The position numbers and the translations under genes are program-made. A stretch of 63,977 nucleotides of DNA, counting the filler, from Octopus bimaculoides (Eukaryota), in assembly GCF_001194135.2 (NCBI RefSeq). It is 3 parts of 3 records of this genome, joined end to end, with 100 filler letters (N's around TTAATTAATTAA, not from the genome) between each part and the next. Parts side by side here need not be neighbours in the genome. Positions count along the whole stretch, not along the records: positions 19,243 to 38,009 come from NC_069009.1; positions 38,110 to 63,977 come from NC_068993.1; 1 more part is not named here. One strand, written 5' to 3'. Each line of letters starts with the position of its first letter. Within the stretch, counting starts at the first letter, position 1. The notes below the pieces were generated by a model that made no database searches, was not told the DNA's origin, and saw only the letters and a program-made list of their open reading frames with translations. Positions 37,167 through 51,900 of the stretch are shown piece after piece.

Positions 37167-37715
37167 NNNNNNNNNNNNNNNNNNNNNNNNNNNNNNNNNN
37201 NNNNNNNNNNNNNNNNNNNNNNNNNNNNNNNNNNNNNNNNNNNNNNNNNNNNNNNNNNNNNNNNNNNNNNNNNNNNNNNNNNNNNNNNNNNNNNNNNNNN
37301 NNNNNNNNNNNNNNNNNNNNNNNNNNNNNNNNNNNNNNNNNNNNNNNNNNNNNNNNNNNNNNNNNNNNNNNNNNNNNNNNNNNNNNNNNNNNNNNNNNNN
37401 NNNNNNNNNNNNNNNNNNNNNNNNNNNNNNNNNNNNNNNNNNNNNNNNNNNNNNNNNNNNNNNNNNNNNNNNNNNNNNNNNNTGTGTGTGTGTGTGTGTG
37501 ACAAGCTTCTTTCAGTTTCTGCTTACCGAATCAACTCACAAGGCTTTGCTCAACCTGAGGCTATAGTAGAAGACACTTGCCCAAGGTGTCACGCAGTGAG
37601 ACTGAACTCAGAACTATGTGGTTTGGCAGCAAGCTACTTACCACACAGCCATGCCTATGAACAATATTCTTATTTCAAAAATCACTACAATTGTTGACGT
37701 ATTTCAACACCTGTA

Positions 37716-37762
<47 letters not shown>

Positions 37763-37962
37763 CACATATGTATGTACTTCAATATATAAACACATATCCA
37801 TATGCACGCAGCTATAAATGTCGTAACAATAGACTGTAGACACAAATGTATAGAATAAAACAGGCTTTGACATGTGTGTGTGGATCTGCTTGTTTGTATA
37901 TGTGTGTATATATATATACCAACACAAACACATATAAAGATATGTCTACATACATATTTCTG

Positions 37963-38009
<47 letters not shown>

Positions 38010-38109
38010 NNNNNNNNNNNNNNNNNNNNNNNNNNNNNNNNNNNNNNNNNNNNTTAATTAATTAANNNNNNNNNNNNNNNNNNNNNNNNNNNNNNNNNNN
38101 NNNNNNNNN
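38010..38109. other. Artificial 100-bp assembly spacer: 44 N + TTAATTAATTAA + 44 N
   Basis: Same layout as 19143-19242. Confidence 0.9.
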
Positions 38110-38199
38110 TATATATAAGGTAAGAAAGTGGAAGTACCTTCAAAGGTGAACTAGCACACACAGACGCATAAACAACTCAATCACGTGTGTGTATTTGTG

Positions 38200-38236
<37 letters not shown>

Positions 38237-38861
38237 ATAAATAATGCGTGTTTATGTGTGTATATATGTAGTATCCATATGTGTGTGTGTATTTCGTTTG
38301 GTATAGATATATACATAGACAGAGAGCTTGAGAGAGGGTGGGAGACTGGAAAAGAGAACTGAGTACTCTCGATGAGTACAGGTAACATACAGATACACAT
38401 ATTTATATTTACTCGTACAAGCATACAGATATATCTATTCGTATATCTATGTATCTCTTCTTCTTTCTCTCTCTGCATATTATGTGTGTGTATAAGTGTG
38501 TGTGTCTGTATGTATACGCGTGTATACGCACGCATGCTACCATTCATAGATAGCAGCATGTATTAAAACACACAGACGCTCAAACACCGAGATGTACGCA
38601 AAATTATTTTGATATTGATAGTCATACTGATATAGGGAGTTTCTCACTTTCTTTCCTTTCTTTTTTCGTTTTTCCAAGTACCTTGATCTCTTATCTAATG
38701 CACATAGGGAAAAGAAGACCGGATTGTAAGGTAGCAAGTGACATACCTATAAGTCTGCACATTGATATTCGTGAGTAACTTTCACAATACTCATTTCGAT
38801 GCAGCTGCTTGAATGGTCCTCAATCATTGTTAGTTTATTATACATACATACATACATATAT

Positions 38862-39040
38862 GCGTAGGCGTGGCTGTGTGGTAAGTAGCTTGCTTACGAA
38901 CCACATGGTTCCGGGTTCAGTCCCACTGCGTGGCACCTTTGGCAAGTATCTTCTACTATAGCCTCGGGCCGACCAAAGCCTTGTGAGTGGATTTGGTAGA
39001 CAGAAAATGAAAGAAGCCCGTCGTATATATTTTTATATAT
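38862..39040 (+). mobile_element. SINE family B, 5' half (a further 5' half lies at 37500-37637, -)
   Basis: GCGTAGGCGTGGCTGTGTGGTAAG...GGTTCCGGGTTCAGTCCC. Confidence 0.85.
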
Positions 39041-39166
39041 ATANNNNNNNNNNNNNNNNNNNNNNNNNNNNNNNNNNNNNNNNNNNNNNNNNNNNNNNNN
39101 NNNNNNNNNNNNNNNNNNNNNNNNNNNNNNNNNNNNNNNNNNNNNNNNNNNNNNNNNNNNNNNNNN

Positions 39167-39198
<32 letters not shown>

Positions 39199-39467
39199 CC
39201 ATCACGTTATAAGTGTTGTGGTTACCATAGATATCCTAGTTGACATCACTGAAGAAGATTAAGGCACAACTTAACAGGATTACGAAAACAACAACTGCGA
39301 CGACGGCGAATCCAAGAACAGCAATAACGAGAACATAAATATCACCAATAGCAATATTAATTTCAACAACTTGTATCAAAGCAACCAAGTCACAACAAAG
39401 CAAATTGCTTATAAATTTCCAGCATTTTCCCGGATCAGAAGCTATGGAACTTATTTTGTTTAACATA

Positions 39468-39852
39468 CTTTCTTGTTTCAGTTTCAGTCATTTGACTGCG
39501 GCCATGCTGGAGCACCGCCTTTAGTCGAGCAAATCGACCCCAGGACTTATTCTTTGTAAGCCTAGTACTTATTCTATCGGTCCCTTTTTGCCGAACCGCT
39601 AAGTTACGGGGACGTAAATACACCAGCATCGGTTGTCAAGCGATGGTAGGGGCACAAACACAGACACATACATATATATACATATATACGACGGGCTTCT
39701 TTCAGTTTCCATCTACCAAATCCACTCACAAGGCTTTGGTCGGCTCGAGGCTATAGTAGAAGACACTTGCCCAAGGTGTCACGCAGTGGGACTGAACCCG
39801 GAACCATGTAGTTGGTAAGCAAGCTACTTACCACACAGCCACTCCTGCGCAT
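39468..39852 (-). mobile_element. SINE family B, full length
   Basis: Matches the other family B copies. Confidence 0.9.
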
Positions 39853-40229
39853 GTTTATATGATCGTTTTCTCNNNNNNNNNNNNNNNNNNNNNNNNNNNN
39901 NNNNNNNNNNNNNNNNNNNNNNNNNNNNNNNNNNNNNNNNNNNNNNNNNNNNNNNNNNNNNNNNNNNNNNNNNNNNNNNNNNNNNNNNNNNNNNNNNNNN
40001 NNNNNNNNNNNNNNNNNNNNNNNNNNNNNNNNNNNNNNNNNNNNNNNNNNNNNNNNNNNNNNNNNNNNNNNNNNNNNNNNNNNNNNNNNNNNNNNNNNNN
40101 NNNNNNNNNNNNNNNNNNNNNNNNNNNNNNNNNNNNNNNNNNNNNNNNNNNNNNNNNNNNNNNNNNNNNNNNNNNNNNNNNNNNNNNNNNNNNNNNNNNN
40201 NNNNNNNNNNNNNNNNNNNNNNNNNNNAG

Positions 40230-40552
40230 CCTGCTCGTGAAATTAACGTGCAAGTGGCTGAGCATTCCACAGACACGTGTACCCTTAACGTAGTTCTCGG
40301 GGATATTCAGCGTGACACAATGTGACAAGACTGACCTTTTGAATTACAGGCACAACAGAAACAGGAAGTAAGCGTGAGAGGAAGTTGTGATGGAGGAGTA
40401 CAGCAGGATTCGCCACCACCCCCTGCCGGAGCCTCGTGGAGCTTTAGGTGTTTTCGCTCAATAAACACTCACAACGCCCGGTCTGGGAATCGAAACCGCG
40501 ATCCTATGACCGCGAGTCCGCTGCCCTAACCACTGGGCCATTGCGCCTCCAC
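40230..40552 (-). mobile_element. SINE family D copy
   Basis: tRNA-like head at 40552; its 3' body is shared with family C. Confidence 0.85.
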
Positions 40553-41964
40553 CTTGCTCCAATAATAATAGCTATTAAACTGAAAATGAAACTTGAGTAC
40601 TGGATTTGCAAACTTCTTATCAGCCGTCCATATATGACCTCTTCTCTTGTATTTTCTTCATTTCCACAACAGAGTATATCTTTTCTTATGGTCCCACATA
40701 ACAGTATCTGGCCGGTTGTGTCTAGCTTTGTGGCAGCTTTAATAACTGTTCTTTTGACCTTTCAATCTCAGTATAGTCAACTTCGTGTGCTGGTGTTTTT
40801 CTTCTTTGATATCACATTCCGGCTGATATCCTGTATGTATGTATGTATGTATGTATATATGTATGTATGTGTGTATGCATGTTCCTTGATCTCCGTTTAG
40901 TAAGTCTGTTGTAGTCTAGTCTGTATTTAACAATCTCTCCCTGAGTCGTCTACGTTAATTCTACTCTTCGTTGATCTTAACTTCGAGAATTTGCTCTGTA
41001 TCTGTGTGCGTGTGCGTATGTGTGTGTGTTTGTGTGTGCGTGTATGAGTGTGCGTGTATGTGTGCGTGTGTGTGTGTATATATACACACGTTCTCTCCAT
41101 CTCTCTTTCTCTCTCTGTCTGTCTCCCTGTCTCGCTAGATCTCTTTCTCTCTCACACTCACACACGCATTGATTAGATCTTATAGAAACTTTCAGATAAC
41201 TATTTTATAAAGATTTGGAGTTGAAAGAAACTGACTTCAACCGACCAGCGATTATACTACTTGATACTCTTTTATTCGATCCTTAACAGACAAACTTTAA
41301 ATTTTGTAGTAAAACCCAAATTTGAGAAAGAGTGTACCCTACCTAATCAACCACAATACTTGATTGGCACTTGAATTAACTAATTCGGATACCGGAAAAA
41401 AATCACGTTAAATTTGAACTTTGAAATAAATCGATAAAAAGAGCACTGTAAAATGTTTTCACTCGTCTATCGTTATTTTGCGACACTGTACATACATCGT
41501 CTTCAGCATATAAATAGCTAAACTTTTTTTTCACGATCGGCTTAATTTATTTTGATATATATATTGGAGTTCACATGCAGTGAAATTTTTTATTAATTTC
41601 GAAATTCAAAATTTACTTCATCTATTTCGTTAAGTGTACATCAGCTCATCTTCCATGACATGTATCATAACAGCATTTTAAGTCAAACGTCGCTGTGTGT
41701 AGCTAGCTTCCCTACCTACCAAACGGAACGATAATCTCTCAGCAAATTGAATGGTGTTTTCTCTTTTCACGATTACGCGATGTCAGCCGTTACGTACGTT
41801 TATTAAGCAGCAGTTAGTCTATTTAATTTTTGTTAATTAAACTTCGACACTTGTTAATACAAACAATTAATTAACACAAATAAATAGTTCATGTGATCAC
41901 TCGACTTGTTAGAAATCGTAATCAGCGGATTTATATTTTGCATAAATAATACTGTATGAGATAC

Positions 41965-44740
41965 TCTTGAAAAAGACAAGTTGCTGTGGGCGCTCATATC
42001 AAGGAAACCTACAGCGATCCGCACCGTAACCAGCCACTGCCACTTCTAAATGGGCTAAAGCATCTCTTAGAACTTGATATCGAATTTCAAATTGGGGACA
42101 TCGGGGAGAAAAAGGTGAATGATTTCGTGAGAAAATCGAGAGCAATGAGTGCCCCAGGAGGTGATGGCATCTTGTATAAAGTATACAAATATTGCAATCG
42201 TTTACGAAAGAAACTTTTTGTCCTACTCCGACAGCAGTGGCGCGAAGAGACTCTAGTAGAGGATTGGTGTAAGGCAGAAGGCATATATCTGTCGAAGGAA
42301 GCCAATGCAGAGACTATAAAACAGTTTAGGCTGATATCCTTATTGAATGAGGAAAGCAAGATCTCTATGGGAATTCTCACGAGAAGAACAGTGACATATT
42401 TACAGAGTAATGGATATGTTAATGAATCTGTTCAGAAGGCCGGAGTCACTGGATGTGATGAACACTGTTTTTCAATTTGAAAAGCGATCTAGGATGCCAA
42501 AAGGAACAAGAGAAATCTGAACGTGGCATGGCTTGACCTAGCTAATGCATATGGCTCAGTGCCACACGAATTACAGATGAGAGCCATGGACCACTTCCCC
42601 ATTCCAGACAAAGTAACCAAAATAATGAGGATATATTATGACAGTTTCGAGATGAGGTTTACAGCTGAAAATTTTACAACAGATTGGCACCGATTGGAGA
42701 TTGGCATTGCCTCTGGCTACACAATATCTGTCACGTTTATCTTACTCATGGAAGGATTTTGAAAGCCGTGGATTTTTCGGAACAAATCGCCCATGTACAA
42801 TCGCCCAAGAAAGCCTTCATGGATGACATGACACTTCTATCAACAGACAAACAAATCATGCAGAGTGTCCTCTTAAGACTAGACGAGCTTGTGAGGTGGT
42901 CAAGGATGCTGTTTAGAGCAAAAAAGTCGTGTAGTCTAATATCTGTTAAGGGAGTGCAGAAAGAAGTGAAGTTTCGAATAGCTGAAGAAAGTATTCCAAT
43001 AGTCGAAGAAAACTCCGTCAAGAGTTTGGGGCGAGTATATACTGGAACATTGTCAGATAGGAGTCGCAGAATGGAAATTATGACACAAGCCAAGGTTGGA
43101 TTATCAGCGACTGATAACTCATAGTTACCAGATAAATATAAAATTTGGTGCTTACAGTTCGGCTTGTATCCGCGACATTCGTAGCCACTTTTAATATATG
43201 AGGTAGCATTTTCACGAGTTCAAATCATTGAACAAAAATGTAATGTGTTCATTAGAAAGTGGCTAGGCCTACCTCGGATATTGAACAGTTCAGGTCAACG
43301 TAAAAGAGGCTCATTGCAGTTACCACTGGCGTCAGTAGTCGAATCACATAAACTAGGGAACGTACGAACGGTGATGAGGCTGAGAGAGTCGAAGGACATG
43401 GAAATCAGGCGTAATCCACCAGATGTGAAACAACCAGGAAGTGGAAAGCAGAAGCAGAGACTGATGGCATCCTGTTTTCTCTCGCACACCGAGATATGGC
43501 GGGTGCAACGCAGAATCATCGGAAAGGACTTGGTTTTGGCGCAGATCAGTTCAGACCGTTTGCGAGTTTGATGCGGAGCGAACGCAGATCTGCTGTTAGC
43601 AACAGCGTCAAAACGAGGGAAGCAGAGAGAAGAGGGCTTCATTTGATCCGATGCATCCACCAAGGACAGATGACGAGATGGGAGGAACATGTTGTTGAGA
43701 GGAAAATAATTTGGGACGAGATATGGAGGTGGACTACATCTCGGTTAAGTTTTCTAATTCGTTCATCCTATGATGTTTTGTCATCACCTGCAAATCTAGT
43801 AAGATGGAACGTCTCAGAGAATGATATAGGCAAATGCGGAAAGGTCGGAACACTGAAACATATTCTTTCCAGCTATTCACTAGCATCGAACAGGTATACA
43901 TGGGACACTATCTTCAAAGCTATAAAGAACAAGATTGATCTCAACAACAGTGAAAAAAACCGTTGAAAGCACCAAGTATAGATTTCATTACTTTCATGCG
44001 CTTAGGACAACAGATTTGTTTCAAGAAGAACAACAACAAACTTCCTGTGAGCGATGAAAAGTGGAACGGTTATTGGGAGGTGACAGCAGATTTACCAGGC
44101 TTCCACGAACTCTTTCTCATCCCAGTTACGAAGAAACCGGACATTTTAATATGGTGTGAAAGGAAGAAAGTTGTGAATCTAGTCAAGTTAACGGTTCCTA
44201 ATGAAGATAACATGGACGCCGCTCTGGTTCGAAAGATTGACCGTTATGTAAACCTCCTCAAGGAATGTGAAGACATAGGCTGGAAAGCGAAGCATTTTAC
44301 AATCGCAGTCACACGTAGAGGGTTTGTTGGACACAGTCTGAGACGACTGTTGTTATCGTTAAACCTAATTCATTGTAAAGTAAATACGACCATGACTGAT
44401 ATTCAAACTACAGTGGAAAGGGCTAGCCACTGGATTTGGTTAAAAAGAGACGATGAGTGATGGCTAAAAGAATATTGAGCTTTATTTGATAACAAGTAGA
44501 TCTAGTAAGCGGGGCCTCATATCAGTGAGGGGGTCCGGTGTGCATTGATGCCGTCGAGAGGTAGGCCCCGAAACGGCACACATTCTCTCCTGATGACTCC
44601 ATACATTTGTTGGCTTTCGGTATGTGGAGTTCGGTATGTGCAAGTTGTTTGCAAAACAACATGGAAGTCATAATTTTGATCATAAGTTCTTTCAGTTAAA
44701 GACGCTCTAAGATTAAACACTAACAACGATGAAGACGAAG
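41965..44740 (+). mobile_element. 5'-truncated, pseudogenised HERO-type non-LTR retrotransposon (RT + CCHC remnant + restriction-like endonuclease + 3' UTR)
   Basis: RT motifs SAPGGDGI.YKVYK, FRLISLLN.E.KI, QKAG..GC.EH, WLDLANAYGSVPHE, AFMDDMT (42813-42833), KSLGRVY; decayed knuckle KCGKVGTLKHILS; RLE KPDILIW...VKLTVP..D....RK..RY. Several stops (e.g. 42478, 42488, 43122) and frameshifts. Confidence 0.9.
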
Positions 44741-44774
44741 AACATTTAGGACGATATTAGAAGATTCATGTGGT

Positions 44775-44977
44775 TTGGCAGAAGGACAGCAATTTCGGGA
44801 GTGGTGTAAGTCGATTAAATTGACACCAGTGCTCAGCTGGTTCTTATTTTATCGAGTCCGAAAGGATGAAAGGCAAAGTCGACTCCGGTGGCATTTGAAC
44901 TCAGAACATAAAGATTGACGAAATACCGCGAGATATTTTTCAGGGTATACTAACGATTGTGCCAGCTCACCGCCTTT
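44775..44977 (-). mobile_element. SINE family A copy
   Basis: GAAAGGATGAAAGGCAAAGTCGAC core. Confidence 0.8.
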
Positions 44978-46688
44978 CCTATGTTAAATAAATATTGTAA
45001 AGCATTTTAGAAGAAAATCGTTCTGTGTCACGAAGAGTATTAGTCTTAGTTTTGATGTTAAAAATTTATATTAAAAAAATGACATCACAAAATGATCATC
45101 TGTGGCTAATCATCTCAGAATCTCACAATGGCTGGATTCGTTCTTTATCATTGTCAAACTTTTGGCAACTGTTTTCCAGAATCTTATCCTTGATCTAAGC
45201 AAATATAAAGGGTAGATATATGAATTTACATAATAGCTTGGTTATAATCCTGGAACAACACAAGGAATTTAGATGACGATTTTTAGTCTTTTTGATTGTG
45301 GATTGATTTGTTACTTGGTGTGAATCCGAGTGTTATGGACGAGAAAGAATCCAATGGTTATGGTTTTCTCTAATTCACATAAATCATATTTATTGGCATG
45401 TATTAACTGAACATCAATGGTTTACTACTACTACTACTACTACTACTACCACTGCTGCTGCTGCTGCTTCTGATGCTGTTGCTGCTGCTTCTGATGCTGT
45501 TGCTGCTGCTACTGTTTGTTGATCCCAAGATATTGGTTGAGAATTGCACTACTAGATTTATTCCTCGGTTGAACAGCCTCATTGACTCCATATATGAATT
45601 CCATTGCTTTTATCATATTGGACCCAGTAAAATAAAAATTCATCACGGCAAGACTGGAATGAATAAAGTAAAGGACTGCAACTAAAGAACGTAAAACTCT
45701 CTGACTCACAAAGATTACTTGGCATTCCTATAACGTCTTACTCTCACTGTGTTTAAGCTTATTCTTTCAGTGCATAGAATTGGGGAGATTCCAAAGTCTA
45801 TCCGTGAGTTACAAAGTCAAAGAACGTAAGTTTTCAATATATCAATCCAGTGCAAAAGAATTTCTTTTTCTTTCTCTTCTATTTTTAAGCTCCTTTTATT
45901 GTCAGGTTTTTAAAAATATTTAAAGCTGTTATCATTAAAAGTAGCTCGTTTCTTGACTGTGGTATGACAAATTGTATCCCTTTTAACTGAAGCGTATGCC
46001 TTACATAATATCTAAATCATTAGATACAATGGAATGCTCTAAGAAAATTTATCATATTCAATACTTTTAGTGGAAACATGGTTATTCTAGGTATACATGA
46101 AAGAGATTGTATGATTATATAGTCTTATATATCATTGCAAACCTCACTGACAAAAACTGTTTTGGTTTCATTATTTTTACCAAAATAATTTATACTTTAT
46201 ATAAGATAGAAAAATATTATTTCAACATTTCATTTGTGATAGATTATCACCGATTTTTATTTGCAAAGCCCACTGTGATTTCTAAGATAATTATAGAGTT
46301 TCTGTATCTACGACATAAAACGTTTTTGCTATTCAAGAACATTACAGTTAACTTAGCTATAAATAGCTGACTTAGCTGCAATTTCTGAGAGATCCCAATC
46401 AGTATAGAAATTCGTTAGATTCACATTGATGAGATTATTTTCCACGAAAAGTTTTACTGTTTGATCTCAGTTTAAATTCGCTGGAATTTCACGTGTGATA
46501 TTTCATTGTAGGTCTTCAGTAGTTGATTTATGTCGTGTAACATCACTCATACGGTTTCTTATTTATTTTTTTTTACTTTGTTATATATTTCTTAAGATCT
46601 GACAGTTTTTTATCACAATGAACTGCAAAATGTTCAGGCACATACAGTTGATCATAATCCTTGTCTCTGTTAATATCTACTTATATAT

Positions 46689-47230
46689 TAAGGCGGTGAG
46701 CTGGCAGAAACGTTAGCACGCTGGGTGAAATGCTTAGCGGTATTTCGTCTGTCTTGACATTCTGAGTTCAAATTCCGCCGAGGTCGATTTAGCCTTTCAA
46801 CCTTTCGGGGTCAATAAAATAAGTATCAGGTGCGTACCGGGGTAGATATAATTGACTGGCCTCCCTTCCCAAAAATTTCAGGCCTTGTGCCTAGAGTAGA
46901 AAAGAATATCTATCTATATTTACCGTCAGGGCGCATGGCTTAGTGGTTTGGGTGTTCCACTCACAATTGCGAGATCGTGGTTTCAGTTCCCAGACCGGGT
47001 TGTGTGTTGTGTTCTTGAGCAAAGCACTTTATCTTACGTTGCTCTGCAATTACTTCGACACCTGATGCGTGGTATACTATGCACCTGTTCAGACGACGTC
47101 AAATTTGGTGGAGAGAGTGAGCTAATGTGCTGTGCGTGAACATTTGATCAATATAAACAAGTCAGTTGTGCAGGTCGTTCGGAAAAAGCTGAACACTCAT
47201 ACGTCGTTTTCGACGGAAGAGTCTATAATA
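46689..47230 (+). mobile_element. SINE family A (46689-46907) followed by a degenerate family C copy (46925-47230)
   Basis: Direct similarity to the other copies. Confidence 0.8.
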
Positions 47231-50200
47231 TTTATTATATAGAAAATGTATATCGATGTACAATGACATGCAAATGTAGGTAGAAAAAAAATATTTTAGT
47301 ATTGTGGTTAAATGTAAGACGGCAAGCTCGCAGAATNNNNNNNNNNNNNNNNNNNNNNNNNNNNNNNNNNNNNNNNNNNNNNNNNNNNNNNNNNNNNNNN
47401 NNNNNNNNNNNNNNNNNNNNNNNNNNNNNNNNNNNNNNNNNNNNNNNNNNNNNNNNNNNNNNNNNNNNNNNNNNNNNNNNNNNNNNNNNNNNNNNNNNNN
47501 NNNNNNNNNNNNNNNNNNNNNNNNNNNNNNNNNNNNNNNNNNNNNNNNNNNNNNNNNNNNNNNNNNNNNNNNNNNNNNNNNNNNNNNNNNNNNNNNNNNN
47601 NNNNNNNNNNNNNNNNNNNNNNNNNNNNNNNNNNNNNNNNNNNNNNNNNNNNNNNNNNNNNNNNNNNNNNNNNNNNNNNNNNNNNNNNNNNNNNNNNNNN
47701 NNNNNNNNNNNNNNNNNNNNNNNNNNTATATATATACGTATGTATATATTTACATTATATACGTCACTATACTTTTAGGTATCCAGGAATTTCCCTTCAG
47801 AAACTCTCCTGGTGTATTTGATCTGTTTGCAGGAATTTGGGAAGTAGCTCGTTTAACGTCACCGCAGATCTGTTGAAAGCAAATCACCAATCGGTATACA
47901 GGAATGGAAGTATCTTTGATGCTATGTACATACATATATAAAATACACTGAGACACACACATATTCGCGCATAAATATCTATACATATATATATATGCAG
48001 ATCTCTCTCCCTCTCCCACTTTTACGATATATATATGTACACCTACGCATACATATACATATGTATGTATGTACTATATTTGTTTCGATGCATGTATGTG
48101 TAAACAGAGTGGGAAAGAGACACGGAATTTAGAAACACGGAAGAGAACGAATCACGTGGTCTTCGTAAACACATTTTACAGCAACACGATTTCTCAGGAG
48201 ATTTCGATAATGACTATAGCAGTACAATCGCAGCACTGTATAACTGTTTGTGTCTACTCTTGTCACTTGAATTTTGTCATTTCTTTTCATTGCCTTTTCA
48301 AAATAAACGTCAATGAATTTGAATAAATAGTTTGCTTTCACCTGACTAGGTGATACACAACTTTCTATGTCGATTCTTTTTTCATTGCCTTCTACCTGGA
48401 GGCAAGGATAGCTGTTTCTTTTATCTCCTTAACCATTTCATGCTTTTATTTTTTTTTTTTACTATTGAGTTGTATTTGACTTCTTCCAGAATCAACACTG
48501 AACACGAACCGAATTTGCACCTAGCTTATTTCGATGTTGTAACTAGGTTATATCATTTTTGCACGGAGCATCTGCTAATATAAACAATTGCGCCATACTA
48601 ACAAGGATAATTCAATAAATACAGCAGCACAACAATTTAAATTACGCTATTTTCATGAATTTTTTTTTCTGATGCAAAAAGTACTTCGTTTGTCTAAATC
48701 TGTTTCAGAACATTTTGCTGATATCAATTTACTAAGCATTTGGATGTGTCAATTTGGAACCAGCCATATAACCAGATTGTCGAGCTTGAAGCTAGAGTAA
48801 CCAAATTTTTGAATAAGGATGGAATTATTTTGGAAACCAATACATAATATAACTTAAACAAGATAAATTTTTGCGCGTAAATTGTACCAATTATTTTATT
48901 GACACTATCATCTGCATGTAGTTATCGTGCAATTAACGCAGTTCGATTTGTCCTCAGGACAATCAAATTAGAGATTTGCTACGGCCCAATTACGCGCTTA
49001 TGCAGCTAAATTCTGCAATTAACGCAGAATAATTTGACTTTTAATACGACCTGATTATGCATTTTAATACATCTTTATATCAAACAAATTACTGTTAACA
49101 CAAACAATTTTTACGAGATATTTTGTTTATTCTGTTCAATTAACATTGTTTTCATGTCCCAAAAATAACTGAACATTAAATAGAAAACAACAATGTGAAT
49201 CAATAAAAATTTCGATACAACGAGTAAATATATAGCCCAAGGTTATTTTCAAGACTTATGAAGAAGCAACGTCAATTAAAAAAAATATATCATAAAATTG
49301 TTATGTCATATTTTTAAAAGAGACGTGCCAATTAACGGCTAATTCTAAAATTGTGTGTGTTGATCGAAATAGAAGGGAAAATAATAACATGAGGCCAAAG
49401 CATGTAAAATAGAAATACAACCAAAAAGAAAAAAAAAAGAGGGAATGATATTGTTGCGAAACAGTTTTCATCGAAAGAAAAGAAAAGTTTAAATTGTATT
49501 TTAGCGAAATAAAAGCACAATTGACGCATGTTGTAAGAAAAAGAAAAAAAAAGCTACAAATCGCTGTTTGGTTCTTCGTCGTTATTCATATAAAAAGTTT
49601 AAGAATTTGTGATGTATATTTACACTCTCTATTTCTAATAACAAACAAGATATTCTCATATAAGTGAATTATAAAACTACTAGGTTTATATACACACAGC
49701 TACATCTTTTGACAACATGCATACAGACATTGAAATTGGTGACGTTTGGAAATGGTTAAGCTCCTTTATGAAAACATAATTATATTCATCAGCACAAATC
49801 CAAACAGTCACTGTAGTTATCATTCAAGAACAGCTCTTACTAAATGATGAAATGAAATCCATGTAAGTCCCAAATGAAATTTCATATGATTGAAGCTCTG
49901 GGTAATAAGAATTAGCAAAATATTTAGTATGAGGGAGCAGGAGAGCAGAACTTGATGAAAGTCTCGAAATACTACATTGACAAAGAATAACGAAAAGAAA
50001 TTTATCCGATTTTTGTGCCGTATAAGCTTATACCTGACAAAAGAATGGAGGTAACAGAATGAATTGGACTTAAAACCCTTATAAAACTAAAGCTACTAGA
50101 ATTCAAAGAAACTATTCATTATGAGCTACGTTAATCCTTCTTTAATTACCTTTTTCTTTTTCGATAAGTAGAACGGACAGCAAGGGAAATCAATCAATCA

Positions 50201-51364
50201 TCTATAGTATTCCTTTTTAATTGAATGTCATTAACTTAGTTAAAAGAACTTGTTGAATTATACCTTGTATTGAAAAAGCTAAAACTAAAGAAGATGAGTT
50301 GTTCAAATCTACTAGAAAAGTACTTATTACGTGGGTGTTTCATATTGTCTTCATGTAAAGCACAAAATGTGAGTTAAGCGTATAAAAGACTGTATTCCGA
50401 CATGAATTATTGTTGACTATTTTACATATCTATCTAAATATAGGAAAATTTATAATCACCAGATGCTATATACGAATATAAGTGCTCATATATTTCCATA
50501 CACATATAGAAATGTTTATTTCTGTAATAAGATTATCTCAATTAAATATATTTATAGAAATAAAAATTATTATAAAATATACTATAGGGTATTTTAAGTA
50601 AGTTAGACAGTTATCCTCATTAAATTGTGATCACACAACAATATAAAAAAACTCACCTCAAACATGATAATACAAAGTATCATCAACAGATATTTTTAGA
50701 CAATCCATTTGACTTGTATTATGTTCGACGCCATTGTTGCTTATAGGAACGAGTTAAAATGTATTCGAATTTTATTATAATTTACTATATTAAATACACA
50801 TCAAGCTGCATATACTTAAGAAATGAATCTTCGAATTACAAGCAAAAATAATCAGCTTCAAGTATAAAAGAATCTCTAGTTGAACAAGTAATTTTCATCT
50901 TAGTCTGAGCCGCCTCCAGGTGAATTATAGTTCAAGTTATATGAGATGAATATAACTTTTGACGTTGCAGTTATAATGAATGCGCGGAAAGAAACGTAGC
51001 AAATGATTAGTTCTAGTAATTAGGACGAAATAGTGTGTGATTAGAAGTAAACACTGTTATGTTCAAATGAGTTGGATTAATGGTCAGTTAGGCAAAGCGA
51101 GAATGGAAATTCTACACACACATTGCAATTTCAACATAGATACGGACTAGAACACTCTCATGCATACACACAAGCGTATTCATTTGTGAGAATGATGATA
51201 GCTTTTTTAAAAAAATATATATAACTGTTTTCTCCTTTTAGTTTTATTTTCAATTGTGATTCAATTTACACCATCAATGTAAACAATATTAACATTGCTG
51301 TTGGCGTAGTATTTTTCGTATTTTAAGGAAACCAAACACAAATATATAAAGTGACACACGCACA

Positions 51365-51374
51365 AAAATACGCA

Positions 51375-51419
<45 letters not shown>

Positions 51420-51900
51420 ACACACACACACACACACAAACACAGATGTGTTTTATATTTTCATTCTCCATCTGTATGTCTATCTGTCTCTCTTTGTCTC
51501 TCTCTCTCGCTTTCTCTGTCTGTCTGTCTCTGTCTGTCTGTCTCTGTCTGTCTGTCTCTGTCTGTCTGTCTCTGTCTGTCTGTCTCTGTCTGTCTGTCTC
51601 TGTCTGTCTGTCTCTGTCTGTCTGTCTCTGTCTGTCTGTCTCTGTCTGTCTGTCTCTGTCTGTCTGTCTCTGTCTATCTGTCTCTGTCTGTCTGTCTCTG
51701 TCTGTAAATACACACACACACACACTCACACACACACACACTCACACTCACACACACACACACACACACAGAGACACACACACACACAAACAAACAAAGC
51801 ACATGTATATAGTTACATGCATAATACTTACATCAAGCACACATGCGTACATATATACGTACTTACGTACATACATACATACATACATACATACATACAA
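51365..51900. repeat. (CA)n, (TCTCTGTCTGTC)n 12-mer array and (ATAC)n
   Basis: Direct; gives the QTETDRQR-type ORFs. Confidence 0.95.

Noticed and set aside
44560-44600. GAAAC...CTGATGA in the HERO 3' UTR as a type II hammerhead
   Set aside because: Only 16 nt lie between the boxes, too few for stems III and I, and there is no stem II complementarity.
46485-46520. CTGAAGA...GAAA on the minus strand
   Set aside because: No complementary stems I or II.
47770-47920. Possible coding exon next to a gap
   Set aside because: Short open frames on both strands with no recognisable domain and no convincing splice-site pair.
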